Positions 9,985-19,963 of a stretch of DNA of 64,000 nt are shown in pieces. The stretch is from positions 1,024,001-1,088,000 of the forward strand of contig CP143273.1 in NCBI GenBank assembly GCA_051013385.1, given 5' to 3'. Position 1 is the first letter of the stretch, and each line of letters starts with the position of its first letter. The translations under genes were made by a program, and so were the position numbers. Source of the DNA: Phormidium sp. GTDB lineage: Bacteria > Cyanobacteriota > Cyanobacteriia > Cyanobacteriales > Aerosakkonemataceae. The notes beneath the pieces were generated by a model. It saw only the letters and a list, made by a program, of their open reading frames with translations. It was not told the DNA's origin and did no database searches.

Positions 9985-11787
9985 CTAATTTTTTCTATCT
10001 AAACTTTCCTGACCTTGAAGTTCTCTTTCTCGCCGTTGACGCTCATTTTCTTCTCGACGTTCACGCGCTTGGCGCTCAAAATCAGAACCGCTTGTAGCAA
10101 AATTAATTGCTAATTTTACGGTTCTAATTCCTTCATCTGGAGGCGCAAATCTCATTTTTCGCACCGCTTCCACAGCTACTTCATCCAATTTGTTATTACC
10201 ACTAGATTCAACTAATCGCGGCTCGGCTGTGCTACCATCAGCTTTAACTACAAATTGAATTACTGGTCTACCTTCCACATTCTCCAAATCTGAAGGATAC
10301 TCAGGATTACATTCGCTAACACAACGCAATCCTCCACCTCTTCCACTTCTTCTAGCTGTCTGGCGATTTCCGCCTGTATTTTCCCCTTCTTGTCTCGTAT
10401 TTCTTCTAGCTGGTGGTTGATTAACTGCAACTCCTGTAGAAGTTCCCGGAATAGTCGGCGAAATATTACTATTAGTTGTACTGGTAGAAGTATTATTGTT
10501 GTTACTAAAACTGTCTCTAAATCCTCGGTTATTAGTAGCAGTTTGTAATGGTTTACTTCCGCCTACAGGTCGATTGTTTGGGCGTTGATTATTTGCTGTT
10601 ACTTCTCCTGGAATTCCGGGAGAAGCAGCGGAAATATCATCGGTTGGATTAGTAGTTGTTGGAGAGCTATTGGGATTAGCAAAACTATTTCTAAATGCCC
10701 GATTCCTGCTTGAATAACTTTGTAAAGCTTGAGTGGTTGCTGTTGGTTTATTAGAAGAATTTTCTTGATTTGTTGTTACTTCTCCTGGTGTTCCCGGATT
10801 AGTAAAAGAAGCATCATCACCCGGATTCGCGCCAGTTGTTGAGTTATTGGTAGCAGCAATTCGATCGCGAAATTCCCGATTTACTGCTCTAGATGATTCT
10901 ATAGGTTGACTGGTAATTCTGGAACTATTTACAGGTGGTTGTTGATTTGCTGTTAATCCTCCTGGTAAATTTGGTTTTTCTTCTGTAGCTGTTTCATTTT
11001 CCACAGGTTCCGACTCCACCAACTGCTCTTTAAAATCCCTACCATTTGCTAAAGGAGTTGGCAAAGGTTGCGAAGTATTAGGTGTTTCTGTTTCCGCTTT
11101 TGTGGGTTGAGGGTTAGGTTTTTGTAGTTCTTCTTTAGGATTTTCCTCAATTCTTGGCGGAGGTAATCTTTCTGCAACTTTTTCGGGTTCTGGCGGGGTG
11201 GGAGTTTTTATTGGGTCATTTATTTCTTTTGGTTCTTCAGGTGTTTCTAAAGGTTTTGGTGCTTCTACTTTTGTTGGTGGAGTGTCTATTTTTGGTGTGG
11301 GAATTGGTTCTGGTGTGGGTGTGGGAATTGGTTCTGGTGTGGGTGTGGGAATTGGTTCTGGTGTGGGTGTGGGAATTGGTTCTGGTGTGGGTGTGGGAAT
11401 TGGTTCTGGTGTGGGTGTGGGAATTGGTTCTGGTGTGGGTGTGGGAATTGGTTCTGGTGTGGGTGTGGGAATTGGTTCTGGTGTGGGTGTGGGAATTGGT
11501 TCTGGTGTGGGTGTGGTAACTACTTTTTCTGATGTCGGCGTAACTACTGGTTGTGGGGTTGGTTTTGGTGTTTCTACTTCCGGCTGTTTAATTTCGGGTT
11601 CTGGTGCATCCAAAACTACTATCTCAATTGGATCGTCTGCCAAAGAGGGTTCTTTTGCCAATAGGGCAAACCCGAAAGCTAAAACTAGATGCAATGCGGC
11701 TGAGCCTGCAATGCTGTAAGCCAGAATGCTTTTAAGTGCTGCTTTCTCTTTTTCTCTTTGTTCTAAACAAAAGCTGGAAATGGTCAT
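9985..11787 (-). CDS. tonB: TonB-family energy transducer with long Pro-rich linker
   Basis: N-terminal TM with SAALH motif, PTPEPI repeats, TonB C-domain (PEYP…[10 protein letters not shown]…[15 protein letters not shown]); divergent from exbBD. Confidence 0.85.
   Translation of the reverse strand: MTISSFCLEQREKEKAALKSILAYSIAGSAALHLVLAFGFALLAKEPSLADDPIEIVVLDAPEPEIKQPEVETPKPTPQPVVTPTSEKVVTTPTPEPIPTPTPEPIPTPTPEPIPTPTPEPIPTPTPEPIPTPTPEPIPTPTPEPIPTPTPEPIPTPTPEPIPTPKIDTPPTKVEAPKPLETPEEPKEINDPIKTPTPPEPEKVAERLPPPRIEENPKEELQKPNPQPTKAETETPNTSQPLPTPLANGRDFKEQLVESEPVENETATEEKPNLPGGLTANQQPPVNSSRITSQPIESSRAVNREFRDRIAATNNSTTGANPGDDASFTNPGTPGEVTTNQENSSNKPTATTQALQSYSSRNRAFRNSFANPNSSPTTTNPTDDISAASPGIPGEVTANNQRPNNRPVGGSKPLQTATNNRGFRDSFSNNNNTSTSTTNSNISPTIPGTSTGVAVNQPPARRNTRQEGENTGGNRQTARRSGRGGGLRCVSECNPEYPSDLENVEGRPVIQFVVKADGSTAEPRLVESSGNNKLDEVAVEAVRKMRFAPPDEGIRTVKLAINFATSGSDFERQARERREENERQRRERELQGQESLDRKN
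11294..11516. repeat. Coding tandem repeat, ~9 perfect copies of 24 bp
   Basis: ggtgtgggaattggttctggtgtg repeated; encodes PTPTPEPI. Confidence 0.95.
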
Positions 11788-11869
11788 CCCCTAAAGTTTT
11801 TCCCCTAATGCACATTAAACTTTGGCGACAAACTGACGCTTTGTGCGATCGAGGTCTGTCACCTCCTGT

Positions 11870-11884
11870 TGAAAATAATTTTCA
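11870..11884. promoter_or_regulatory. Putative Fur box (7-1-7 palindrome)
   Basis: TGAAAAT-A-ATTTTCA between divergent tonB and exbB; a weaker copy (tgcgaatatttttaa) lies at ~12068-12082. Confidence 0.65.
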
Positions 11885-12125
11885 CTTAATTGGATAACTT
11901 AGAACGATCGTGTGCAAATGTCAATCCCAGCTGTTTTGTCTGTCAAAAATTATAAAGTTCTTTAATAACAAGCGGTTTAGCCTAGCTACCGTCCCTAAAG
12001 AAATGTGAAAAATTCTTAAAAAGATTTTGGCTATTGCAATTATTTGGTTTTCGGTTAAGATTTTTATTGCGAATATTTTTAAATTATTCGGTACAATACT
12101 CCTGAGTAAAAGTTGAAGAAAGTAT

Positions 12126-12776
12126 ATGAAAGCAGCAGTTGAGTATTTTTTGGCTGGCGGAATAGTCGCTTGGCCTTTGTTAGGATTTTCCATAGTTGCG
12201 ATCGCATTCATTATCGAACGCTCTTTATTCTGGTTCAAGGTGCATCGTCGTCAGAATCTAATAGTGCGAGAGGCGTTGAAACTGTATCCCCTAAAGCCTA
12301 GTACAGCAATCAAATTACTTAAGCAAAATGCAGACTTACCGATGGCTCGAATTTTCCTAGAAGCTTTAGAGTTGGATAATCCTAATCCAGAAGAGTTTCG
12401 CTTAGCTTTGGAAAGCGCTGCACAGGCAGAAATACCGACATTTAAACGATTTAGTAATGTTTTTGAAACCATTATTGCCTTATCTCCTTTATTAGGCTTG
12501 TTAGGAACTGTTTTAGGCTTAATGACTGCTTTTTCTTCCCTAAGACTTGGTGATGTAGCAGGAACTCAAGCTACTGGTGTAACTGGTGGTATTAGTGAAG
12601 CGTTAGTTTCCACAGTTATGGGATTAGTAGTAGCAATTGCCACCTTAATGTTTGCCAATACGTTTCGCAGTTTTTACTTACGACAATTGGCACTGATCCA
12701 AGAATATGGTGGTCAATTGGAATTATTATATCGTCGTCATTACGAACAAGGAAAAGAAACCTATGCGTCTACCTGA
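12126..12776 (+). CDS. exbB: MotA/TolQ/ExbB proton channel protein
   Basis: PLLGLLGTVLGLM and GISEALVSTVMGLVVAI motifs. Confidence 0.92.
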   Translation: MKAAVEYFLAGGIVAWPLLGFSIVAIAFIIERSLFWFKVHRRQNLIVREALKLYPLKPSTAIKLLKQNADLPMARIFLEALELDNPNPEEFRLALESAAQAEIPTFKRFSNVFETIIALSPLLGLLGTVLGLMTAFSSLRLGDVAGTQATGVTGGISEALVSTVMGLVVAIATLMFANTFRSFYLRQLALIQEYGGQLELLYRRHYEQGKETYAST

Positions 12777-13161
12777 AGAATCAGAAAACCGTGCGGAAAT
12801 TAATATTACACCGATGATTGATGTAATATTTTCCATTTTGGCTTATTTCATTGTTTCTTCTTTATCGTTAACTCGATCGGAAGGGTTGCCTGTAAATTTA
12901 CCTCAAGCTTCTACTGCACAAACCCAAAAAACGGAACAAATTAACGTATCAATTTTACCCGATGGTGCGATCGCTCTGAATCGCCAACCAATAGAGTTAG
13001 AAAAGTTAGAAGCGGAAGTAAAAACTAAAATTGCTCCTAACACTGAAGCCTTGGTAATTTTAAATGCAGATAAAGCTGTCGATCATGGTCGGGTAGTGGA
13101 AATAATGGATCGATTACGTCGGGTAAAAGGGGCTAAATTAGCGATCGCCACTCAAAAATAA
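12763..13161 (+). CDS. exbD: ExbD/TolR biopolymer transport protein
   Basis: ATG at 12763 overlaps the exbB end; EINITPMIDVIF, ADKAVDHGRVVEIMD. Confidence 0.92.
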   Translation: MRLPEESENRAEINITPMIDVIFSILAYFIVSSLSLTRSEGLPVNLPQASTAQTQKTEQINVSILPDGAIALNRQPIELEKLEAEVKTKIAPNTEALVILNADKAVDHGRVVEIMDRLRRVKGAKLAIATQK

Positions 13162-13217
13162 TGGCTCTCCCCTAAAGTCTGTGATCAACCTAACTTATCA
13201 ACAACTCTTCATATCAG

Positions 13218-13268
13218 ACAGAAACTCTGGCAAACCCTCTATTAAAGAGGGTTTGCCAGAGTTTCTGT
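13218..13268. terminator. Perfect 23-bp stem hairpin downstream of exbD
   Basis: acagaaactctggcaaaccctct-attaa-agagggtttgccagagtttctgt. Confidence 0.55.
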
Positions 13269-13306
13269 AGAAAAATGATCTGTAGAAATACGAGAACTGG
13301 TACATT

Positions 13307-13724
13307 CAGTAGACCGAAAAGTTTTGCGATCGCCACAGCAGATCGGGTCTTTGTTGGCTTAAGGGCTCAGAAAAATGTATTCAGTAATACATTTTTCTGA
13401 AAAACAGTAATGAAGTGTTATATAAGTAAAACTAATTAATGATTGATTCCGTCCTCAGCCGTTAATCAGGAGGAAGCCGACAAATTTTCTCCAATTTATT
13501 TACTCTTAAACAGATGTTGGAATTTTTACGTCAAACTATCGACCGTCGTTATCAAGTCGCTCACCAAATTTACCTGCCTCTGGTTTGACGAAAGGCAGGT
13601 AAACGCCCTTAATCCATAAGATTTATTAATCTTTGTTCGGCAATTAACCAACCTTGAGTGAAAATGAAAATTTTGTATCACCAGCTACATTTTGAGAGCG
13701 ATCGCAAAACTTTTCGGTCTACTG
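13307..13724. mobile_element. Non-coding MITE with perfect 27-bp TIRs
   Basis: cagtagaccgaaaagttttgcgatcgc and its exact reverse complement; flanks acatt / acaat; internal hairpins. Confidence 0.8.
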
Positions 13725-13824
13725 ACAATAGATCTGGTTTTTCAGGTCTTGTTGAGAATGGCGCAAGATCTGAGTTAAATTAGCTCACTAAGTACGGGAG
13801 AGCCAAGATAATTGGCTAATTAAC

Positions 13825-16005
13825 TCAGTTAATAGAAATAACAGATTCTATCAAGTCTAGTATCCTTGATTCATCAAATTCGGAGGCTAAGGTGAGGATG
13901 CGATCGCAAAAAACTTGATACAAAGGATTCATTTGTGCCAGTCGTTTTGCTTCTTCTTCTACTTCTTCAATATCGCCGATTTTAATTGCTTGGTAGAGGG
14001 TTTTTAACTCTTCTGAAGTTGGGAGAATTATCTCGGTTTTTTCCGGTGTAACTTCAGTTTTTGTTTCAGCATATATCCATTGTAAATTAAGATATTTTTG
14101 CATAAGCATGAGCATTTTTCCCAAGTTAATTGGCTTTTCTATAAAATCATTACATCCAGCGGCGATCGCTAAACTTTGATCTGCCTGAGATACACTGGCA
14201 CTCGCTGCCAATATTGGTAATTCTTGCGAGTAAGATTGGCGAATTGTTCGCGCTAACTCATAACCATCCATTTTTGGCATGACAATATCGGTGATTACTA
14301 AATCAGGTTGAAATTCTGCTAGTTGTTTTAGTCCTTCTCGTCCATTTTCTGCTTCTGCAATCAGAAATCCTAATGGCTTTAAAACTTCAGCAATTACAAT
14401 GCGATTCACAGGTCGATCGTCAACAATTAGTACTTTTTTCGCTTCTCCAATATAGCCAATAATCTTGCCTTGTTCGCTCGAAGCAGCACTACTCACCCAT
14501 TCATCTGAAAGCAACAAATCTATTTCAAACCAAAATGTACTCCCAGCATTTAACGTACTGTTTACTTCAACTTTACTGCCCATCATTTCCACAATTTGAC
14601 GACAGATTGCTAGTCCTAAACCTGTACCTTCTGATTGCTTCGATTGAGAACCAACTTGTTCAAAAGGGAGAAAGATTTTTTCTAGTTGATCTTGACTCAT
14701 CCCTACTCCTGTGTCTTTAATAATAAAGCGAATTTTAGTAAAATTAGTTTGGGAGTTCAAATTTAATAATTGTACTTGAAAAATTACTTGACCGCGATCG
14801 GTAAATTTAATTGCATTTCCTAATAAATTGAGTAACACTTGACGCAGACGTTTTTCGTCCGTTTTTACCCCAGAAGGGAGATTTTCATCAGAGATAAATT
14901 TTAGAGATATGCCCTTATTTTCAGCACGAACACGAGCAATTTCTGCTACACCAACTAAAAAAGATGGAAAATGAAAATCTTTAGGAAAAAGTTCCATTTT
15001 TCGAGCTTCTATTTTAGCCAAATCAAGAATATCGTTAATTAGGGTTAATAAGTGAGAGCCAGCTTGTTCAATTACGTCTATACCTTTGCGATGTTCGTTA
15101 AGGTCTTGGGCGCGGTGCATGATTTGAGTGTAGCCAAGAATGCCGTTTAAAGGGGTGCGTAACTCGTGACTCATGTTGGCGAGAAATTCGCTTTTGGCTT
15201 GGTTGGCTGCATTGGCAAGATCCTTTTTTATTTCTAAATCGTGATAAGATTCTACTAATTTAATTGTCATCCGGTTAAATTCTCTGGCTAATTGTTCGAT
15301 TTCATCGCCAGTCTGGATATCTAATCTATAGTCCAAATTACCATCTCTAATTGTCGTCACTCCCGCCTGAAGTTTTTTAATAGACCATACTGCTGGTAGT
15401 AAAATTAGGAAAAACTGTCCAGTGAGAACTAGCAAAGTAAAAACCAGAATTCCCCACTTGATAATTCGCTCGGTTTCGTTGAGATTTTGCCCAGCTTGAA
15501 TAGCTAAGTTTTGCTGTTCCTGAAAATTTTTAATAATTTTAGAAGTGTAAAAGTTAATATCTCGATTAAAAATATTAATGGCTCTATAATCTTCCTTCAC
15601 ATCTGCTAAAGGACGACTATTTTTACTAACAACAGCTTGACTAATTTCGCTAGCCAAGCGATCGAACATTTGATACCGACGATAGACAATTTCCAAGTCT
15701 TTAGTCTCAGGACTAAGTTTTTGCATTTCATCTAATGTTGATAGAAAATTTTGCTTTTCTGTTTGATATTCAGCAATTTTTACTTGAGGATTTTCTAGTA
15801 CTAACAAATCTTTTAAAATGATAATTTGCTGTCCTAGAATAGCATCTATTGTCTGAGCATCACTAATTAGTTTTAGGCTTTTATAATGGGCTTCCTCTAC
15901 ATTATTACGCACCCGTTCTAGTAAAATATTACTCGTTGCTATAGCAATGACAATCATTCCCACAGTAATGACAGATGAACTCAAGAATTTTTGCCATATT
16001 TTCAT
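13825..16005 (-). CDS. Hybrid sensor histidine kinase (TM-HAMP-HisKA-HATPase-REC)
   Basis: [31 protein letters not shown] (VDD…DIVMPKMDG). Confidence 0.93.
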   Translation of the reverse strand: MKIWQKFLSSSVITVGMIVIAIATSNILLERVRNNVEEAHYKSLKLISDAQTIDAILGQQIIILKDLLVLENPQVKIAEYQTEKQNFLSTLDEMQKLSPETKDLEIVYRRYQMFDRLASEISQAVVSKNSRPLADVKEDYRAINIFNRDINFYTSKIIKNFQEQQNLAIQAGQNLNETERIIKWGILVFTLLVLTGQFFLILLPAVWSIKKLQAGVTTIRDGNLDYRLDIQTGDEIEQLAREFNRMTIKLVESYHDLEIKKDLANAANQAKSEFLANMSHELRTPLNGILGYTQIMHRAQDLNEHRKGIDVIEQAGSHLLTLINDILDLAKIEARKMELFPKDFHFPSFLVGVAEIARVRAENKGISLKFISDENLPSGVKTDEKRLRQVLLNLLGNAIKFTDRGQVIFQVQLLNLNSQTNFTKIRFIIKDTGVGMSQDQLEKIFLPFEQVGSQSKQSEGTGLGLAICRQIVEMMGSKVEVNSTLNAGSTFWFEIDLLLSDEWVSSAASSEQGKIIGYIGEAKKVLIVDDRPVNRIVIAEVLKPLGFLIAEAENGREGLKQLAEFQPDLVITDIVMPKMDGYELARTIRQSYSQELPILAASASVSQADQSLAIAAGCNDFIEKPINLGKMLMLMQKYLNLQWIYAETKTEVTPEKTEIILPTSEELKTLYQAIKIGDIEEVEEEAKRLAQMNPLYQVFCDRILTLASEFDESRILDLIESVISIN

Positions 16006-16961
16006 TTTGTACTACCCAATCTTTCATCTAATTGTTTTTTAACTTGCCTAACCCGATCGTAGTCTGAGTCTTGCATTAAGGTATATCCATTAGAGGGAAT
16101 ACCATCGCCAGTAAACATTCCTACAGGGCTACTAACAAATGCGTCTTTCAGGTCAACAATAAGCTCAGGTGGTAGTTTTTGAGACACAACAATAGGAGAT
16201 TCAGGAATTGGTTCTGATGTCCAAATTACCTGATAAGAATCATTGATTTTACCTGTTGCTTTAGCTTGATTATAAATATCTAACTCAATAGCTACAGCAT
16301 CAACCTGTCTTTCGAGTAGTGCAGTAAAGGTTTTATCGTGGGATTTATAAAACTGAATTGAGGCAAAGTCGCTATCAAAATTAAAACCTAGATCTAATAA
16401 ATGAACAGCAGGAAACATATAGCCTGATGTTGATAGTTTACTAACAAAACCAAGCCGCTTACCTTTAAGATTGTTAAGGGTTTTAATTCCACGTGCAGAA
16501 TTAACAACTATAGCGGACTTATACCAAGGTCTTCCGGTGCTTTTATTAATAGCAGCTGCGATCGCTTCAATTTGCGGATTGCGTTGTTTTGCTTCAATAT
16601 AACTTAGTGGCCCTAATCTGGCGACTTGTACTTTTCCTTCTACTAGCAAATTAACAGCAGTATTGTAGTCTTTGGCTTCTTCAATAAATACAGGTCGTTT
16701 CAGAGTTTTGTTAAGATATTCAGCTAAAGTTTGTTTTTGTTCTTTTCGTTGTGCTTGATTCGCATTAACGAGAAATGCGATTTTTAAACTTGTTGGTACA
16801 TTTTCAGGATTAGTTTTATTACTTGACTTTAGCTGAGGTTTATTGTTAATAGCAGTAGACATATTACAAGCAGTCTGAGTTACAATTATTGCCGGGAATA
16901 CTAGAGCAATCAGAACCATCTTTAATAAATTAAATTGTCGCTGGAAATCGAAGTGCATCAC
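16002..16961 (-). CDS. PhnD/PtxB-like phosphate/phosphite/phosphonate substrate-binding protein (probable lipoprotein)
   Basis: Lipobox-like QTAC, LGPLSY, STSGY, WTSEPIP; ATGA overlap with the downstream kinase. Confidence 0.8.
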   Translation of the reverse strand: MMHFDFQRQFNLLKMVLIALVFPAIIVTQTACNMSTAINNKPQLKSSNKTNPENVPTSLKIAFLVNANQAQRKEQKQTLAEYLNKTLKRPVFIEEAKDYNTAVNLLVEGKVQVARLGPLSYIEAKQRNPQIEAIAAAINKSTGRPWYKSAIVVNSARGIKTLNNLKGKRLGFVSKLSTSGYMFPAVHLLDLGFNFDSDFASIQFYKSHDKTFTALLERQVDAVAIELDIYNQAKATGKINDSYQVIWTSEPIPESPIVVSQKLPPELIVDLKDAFVSSPVGMFTGDGIPSNGYTLMQDSDYDRVRQVKKQLDERLGSTK

Positions 16962-17087
16962 TCAATGTTCCTTAAAATAGATAATTAATATTATACTAAT
17001 ATTTTGATGATTGGTAAGTTTAGTAAAGGTTAAAATTTGATTATCAAAAAATAGAAAATAGCGGTTTTTAAGTTTTGTGTTTAGAGT

Positions 17088-19796
17088 TTAATCACTTGCT
17101 TTTCGGTGTTCCACTAATTTAATAATGCCATTTTCATCAAATTCGGAGGCTAAGGTGAGAATGCGATCGCAAAACTCCTGATACAAAGGATTTATTTGTG
17201 CCAGTCGTTTTGCTTCCTCTTCTACTTCTGTAATGTCGCCAATTTTTACTGCTTGGTAAAGAGTTTTTAACTCCTCCGAAGTTGGCAGAATTATCTCACT
17301 TTGTTCGGTTTTTTTTTGGAGTTTAACTTCCGGTTTCTTTTCGGCATATATCCATTGCAAGTTCAAATATTTTTGCACAAAGACGAGTAATTTTTCTAAG
17401 TCCAATGGCTTTTCCAAAAAATCATCGTACCCAGCAGAGATTGCCAAATTTTGATCGGCGTGTGATACACTGGCACTTGCTGCTAATACTGGTAATTCTG
17501 GTGGATACAATTGACGAATTTCCCGCACAAATTCATAGCCATCCATTTCTGGCATCGCAATATCGCTGATAATTAAATCGGCTGTAAATTCTGCCATTTT
17601 TGTTATTCCTCCTTGTCCATTTTCCGCTTCGGCTATCACAAACCCTAAAGGTTTTAACACTTCAGCGATCACAATTCGATTCACTTCTTTATCATCAACA
17701 ATTAAAATTTTCTTCGGTGTACCCTGATAACCGATAATCTTACCTTTGTCCGATAAAGCAGCCGCATTTATCCATTCATTAGATACTGGTAAATCTACTT
17801 CAAACCAAAAAGTACTGCCAAATCCTATGTTACTAATTACTTGTATTTCGCTGCCCATCATTGCTACAATTTGACGGCAAATAGCTAACCCTAATCCGGT
17901 GCCTTCGGCGCGACGAAATTGCGAACCTACTTGTTCAAATGGCAAAAATATTTTTTCTAATTGTTCAGGTGTCATGCCGATTCCTGTATCTTGGATACTG
18001 AAGCGAATTTTACTGTGATTTTCTGGTAAGTTATGGTGTATAGTTAACACTTCTACTTTCAAGGTGACGCTGCCTTTATCGGTAAATTTAATCGCATTTC
18101 CTAATAAGTTAAGTAACACTTGGCGCAAACGTTTTTCATCGACAACTACCCCGATCGGCAAGTTTTCTGGTTCGGTAAAATTAAACAAGATACCTTGATT
18201 TTCTGCTCTGACTCTAGCAATTTCAGCTATTCCAACTAAGAAGGAAGGAAAATGTAAATCTTTGGGTAACAATTCCATTTTTCTTGCTTCAATTTTTGCC
18301 AAGTCAAGGATATCGTTAATCAGGGTTAATAAATGAGAACCTGCTTGTTCAATTATTTGAATTCCTTTGCGGTGTTGATTGAGGTCATCCGAGCGTTGCA
18401 TAATTTGAGCGTAACCCAGAATGCCGTTTAAAGGTGTGCGTAATTCGTGACTCATGTTGGCAAGAAATTCGCTTTTGGCTTGGTTAGCACTGTCAGCAGC
18501 TTTTTTGGCTTCAGCGAGTTGGGCGGTACGTTCAGTAACTTTTTGTTCAAGGTTGTTGAAGGCAGTTTTCAGTTGTTTTGCCATGCGATTAAAGGTGCTA
18601 GCTAAGGTGTTGAGTTCGACGATCGCACCTTCTGCAACTTGTTGGTTTAAATCCCCTTGAGATATCGCTTCTGTGGATTTGGCGAAGTGTAAAATTGGTT
18701 GATTAATCCAATGAGAAGTATAAATTCCTAATATTATAGCAATGCCTAATGCGCCAATACACAACCAAATTGTGGTGCGAGTATTGGCGTTGATTTCTGC
18801 CATAAAATCTTTTTCTGGCACAACAATCACGATCAGCCAATTTAAACCAAATTTATCTTGATAAGGTAGTATTTGTAAAAATTGCCGTTCTCGATTCATT
18901 TTAAAGGTGAGTTGTTCTGCCTGACTAATTTTGGTTAAATCACCAAAGCGTCCCTGTAAAAATTTTGCTGTAAATTGTGTTAACTGATTTTGACTATGAA
19001 TAGCTGGAAGTCGTTGTAATATTTGGTTCCTAGCTGTGGGGTAGAAGGGGTTTTCCCTTGTGGAACTGGCAACCAATAACCCAGAACGTTCTAAAATAAA
19101 AGTCTGTCCTGACTTGCCAATTTTCAACTGACTGAGAAATCTATTAATGTCTAATAAAACCAGATCTGTAGCAACAACTCCAGTCAATTTGCGGTCTTGA
19201 TTATAAATAGGAACTCCCAGAGTTATGGCAAGTTTAGGATCTCCAAGATAACTATAAATATTGCTCCAAATTGATTTACCTTGGGTAGCAGGGAAAATGT
19301 ACCAAGGGCGACGACGAGGATCGTAGTTTGGAACGGAATAAATTATTTTTTGAGTTAGTTTGCCCTGGCTATCCGTTGCATAAATGTTCAAATTGTACCT
19401 AGTGGTACTATCAGCAATCCAAATATGGAATCTTCCATTATCCTGGCGGTGGATTCCATAAAATTCTCTTTCCTCGTTACCAACTTGAATCAAACTAACT
19501 TCTGGAAAAAATTTAATCTCCTGTAAAAAGTGCTTTTCTAAACTGCGAGGATTTTGGGGATTGATGTATCCTAGATAGATAGAATTCAAAAGGTTTTGAT
19601 TGACAATATACGGTTTTTCTAAATAGCTATTTAAGCGTTGTTCGATGCGATCGCCTATTTCCCTCTGCAACTGAGTGGCGAGATTTTCCACAGCCTTTTG
19701 TCCATTGTGTAAGGAAAGCCATCCCGTTAATCCCACTGCGGCAAAGATTTGTAATACAAAGGGAACAATTAATATTGAGCGCAGATGTAATTTCAT
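17088..19796 (-). CDS. Cache-HAMP hybrid sensor histidine kinase
   Basis: YDPRRRPWY Cache motif, [16 protein letters not shown]. Confidence 0.93.
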   Translation of the reverse strand: MKLHLRSILIVPFVLQIFAAVGLTGWLSLHNGQKAVENLATQLQREIGDRIEQRLNSYLEKPYIVNQNLLNSIYLGYINPQNPRSLEKHFLQEIKFFPEVSLIQVGNEEREFYGIHRQDNGRFHIWIADSTTRYNLNIYATDSQGKLTQKIIYSVPNYDPRRRPWYIFPATQGKSIWSNIYSYLGDPKLAITLGVPIYNQDRKLTGVVATDLVLLDINRFLSQLKIGKSGQTFILERSGLLVASSTRENPFYPTARNQILQRLPAIHSQNQLTQFTAKFLQGRFGDLTKISQAEQLTFKMNRERQFLQILPYQDKFGLNWLIVIVVPEKDFMAEINANTRTTIWLCIGALGIAIILGIYTSHWINQPILHFAKSTEAISQGDLNQQVAEGAIVELNTLASTFNRMAKQLKTAFNNLEQKVTERTAQLAEAKKAADSANQAKSEFLANMSHELRTPLNGILGYAQIMQRSDDLNQHRKGIQIIEQAGSHLLTLINDILDLAKIEARKMELLPKDLHFPSFLVGIAEIARVRAENQGILFNFTEPENLPIGVVVDEKRLRQVLLNLLGNAIKFTDKGSVTLKVEVLTIHHNLPENHSKIRFSIQDTGIGMTPEQLEKIFLPFEQVGSQFRRAEGTGLGLAICRQIVAMMGSEIQVISNIGFGSTFWFEVDLPVSNEWINAAALSDKGKIIGYQGTPKKILIVDDKEVNRIVIAEVLKPLGFVIAEAENGQGGITKMAEFTADLIISDIAMPEMDGYEFVREIRQLYPPELPVLAASASVSHADQNLAISAGYDDFLEKPLDLEKLLVFVQKYLNLQWIYAEKKPEVKLQKKTEQSEIILPTSEELKTLYQAVKIGDITEVEEEAKRLAQINPLYQEFCDRILTLASEFDENGIIKLVEHRKASD

Positions 19797-19963
19797 ATTC
19801 CTGCTAACAGAATGCTTTCAAATAGCTTTTGACATAGTTATGTTATCACTGTTATAGTAAAATATTAGATTATTTAGGAATTTTTTAATAGGTTAGAAAA
19901 AGGCATAAAGATCGCTGTTGGCTGGGGAAGAGCGATCGTAATTTTTAAAATTTTAATAGAGTT

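Larger units (their letters stand above)
13163..13804. mobile_element. ISL3-like non-autonomous element (outer shell of nested MITEs)
   Basis: Ends ggctctcccc… / …cgggagagcc; 8-bp flanks aaaataat / aagataat; the right end resembles the ISL3 ends at 8228 and 26864. Confidence 0.6.

Noticed and set aside
11154..11719. Plus-strand ORFs with WELVLVWV / GVGIGS repeats; also considered as CRISPR
   Set aside because: Antisense readings of the tonB 24-bp tandem repeat; no spacers
11921..12238. 105-aa minus-strand ORF between tonB and exbB
   Set aside because: Overlaps exbB antisense and the AT-rich promoter; no recognisable motifs
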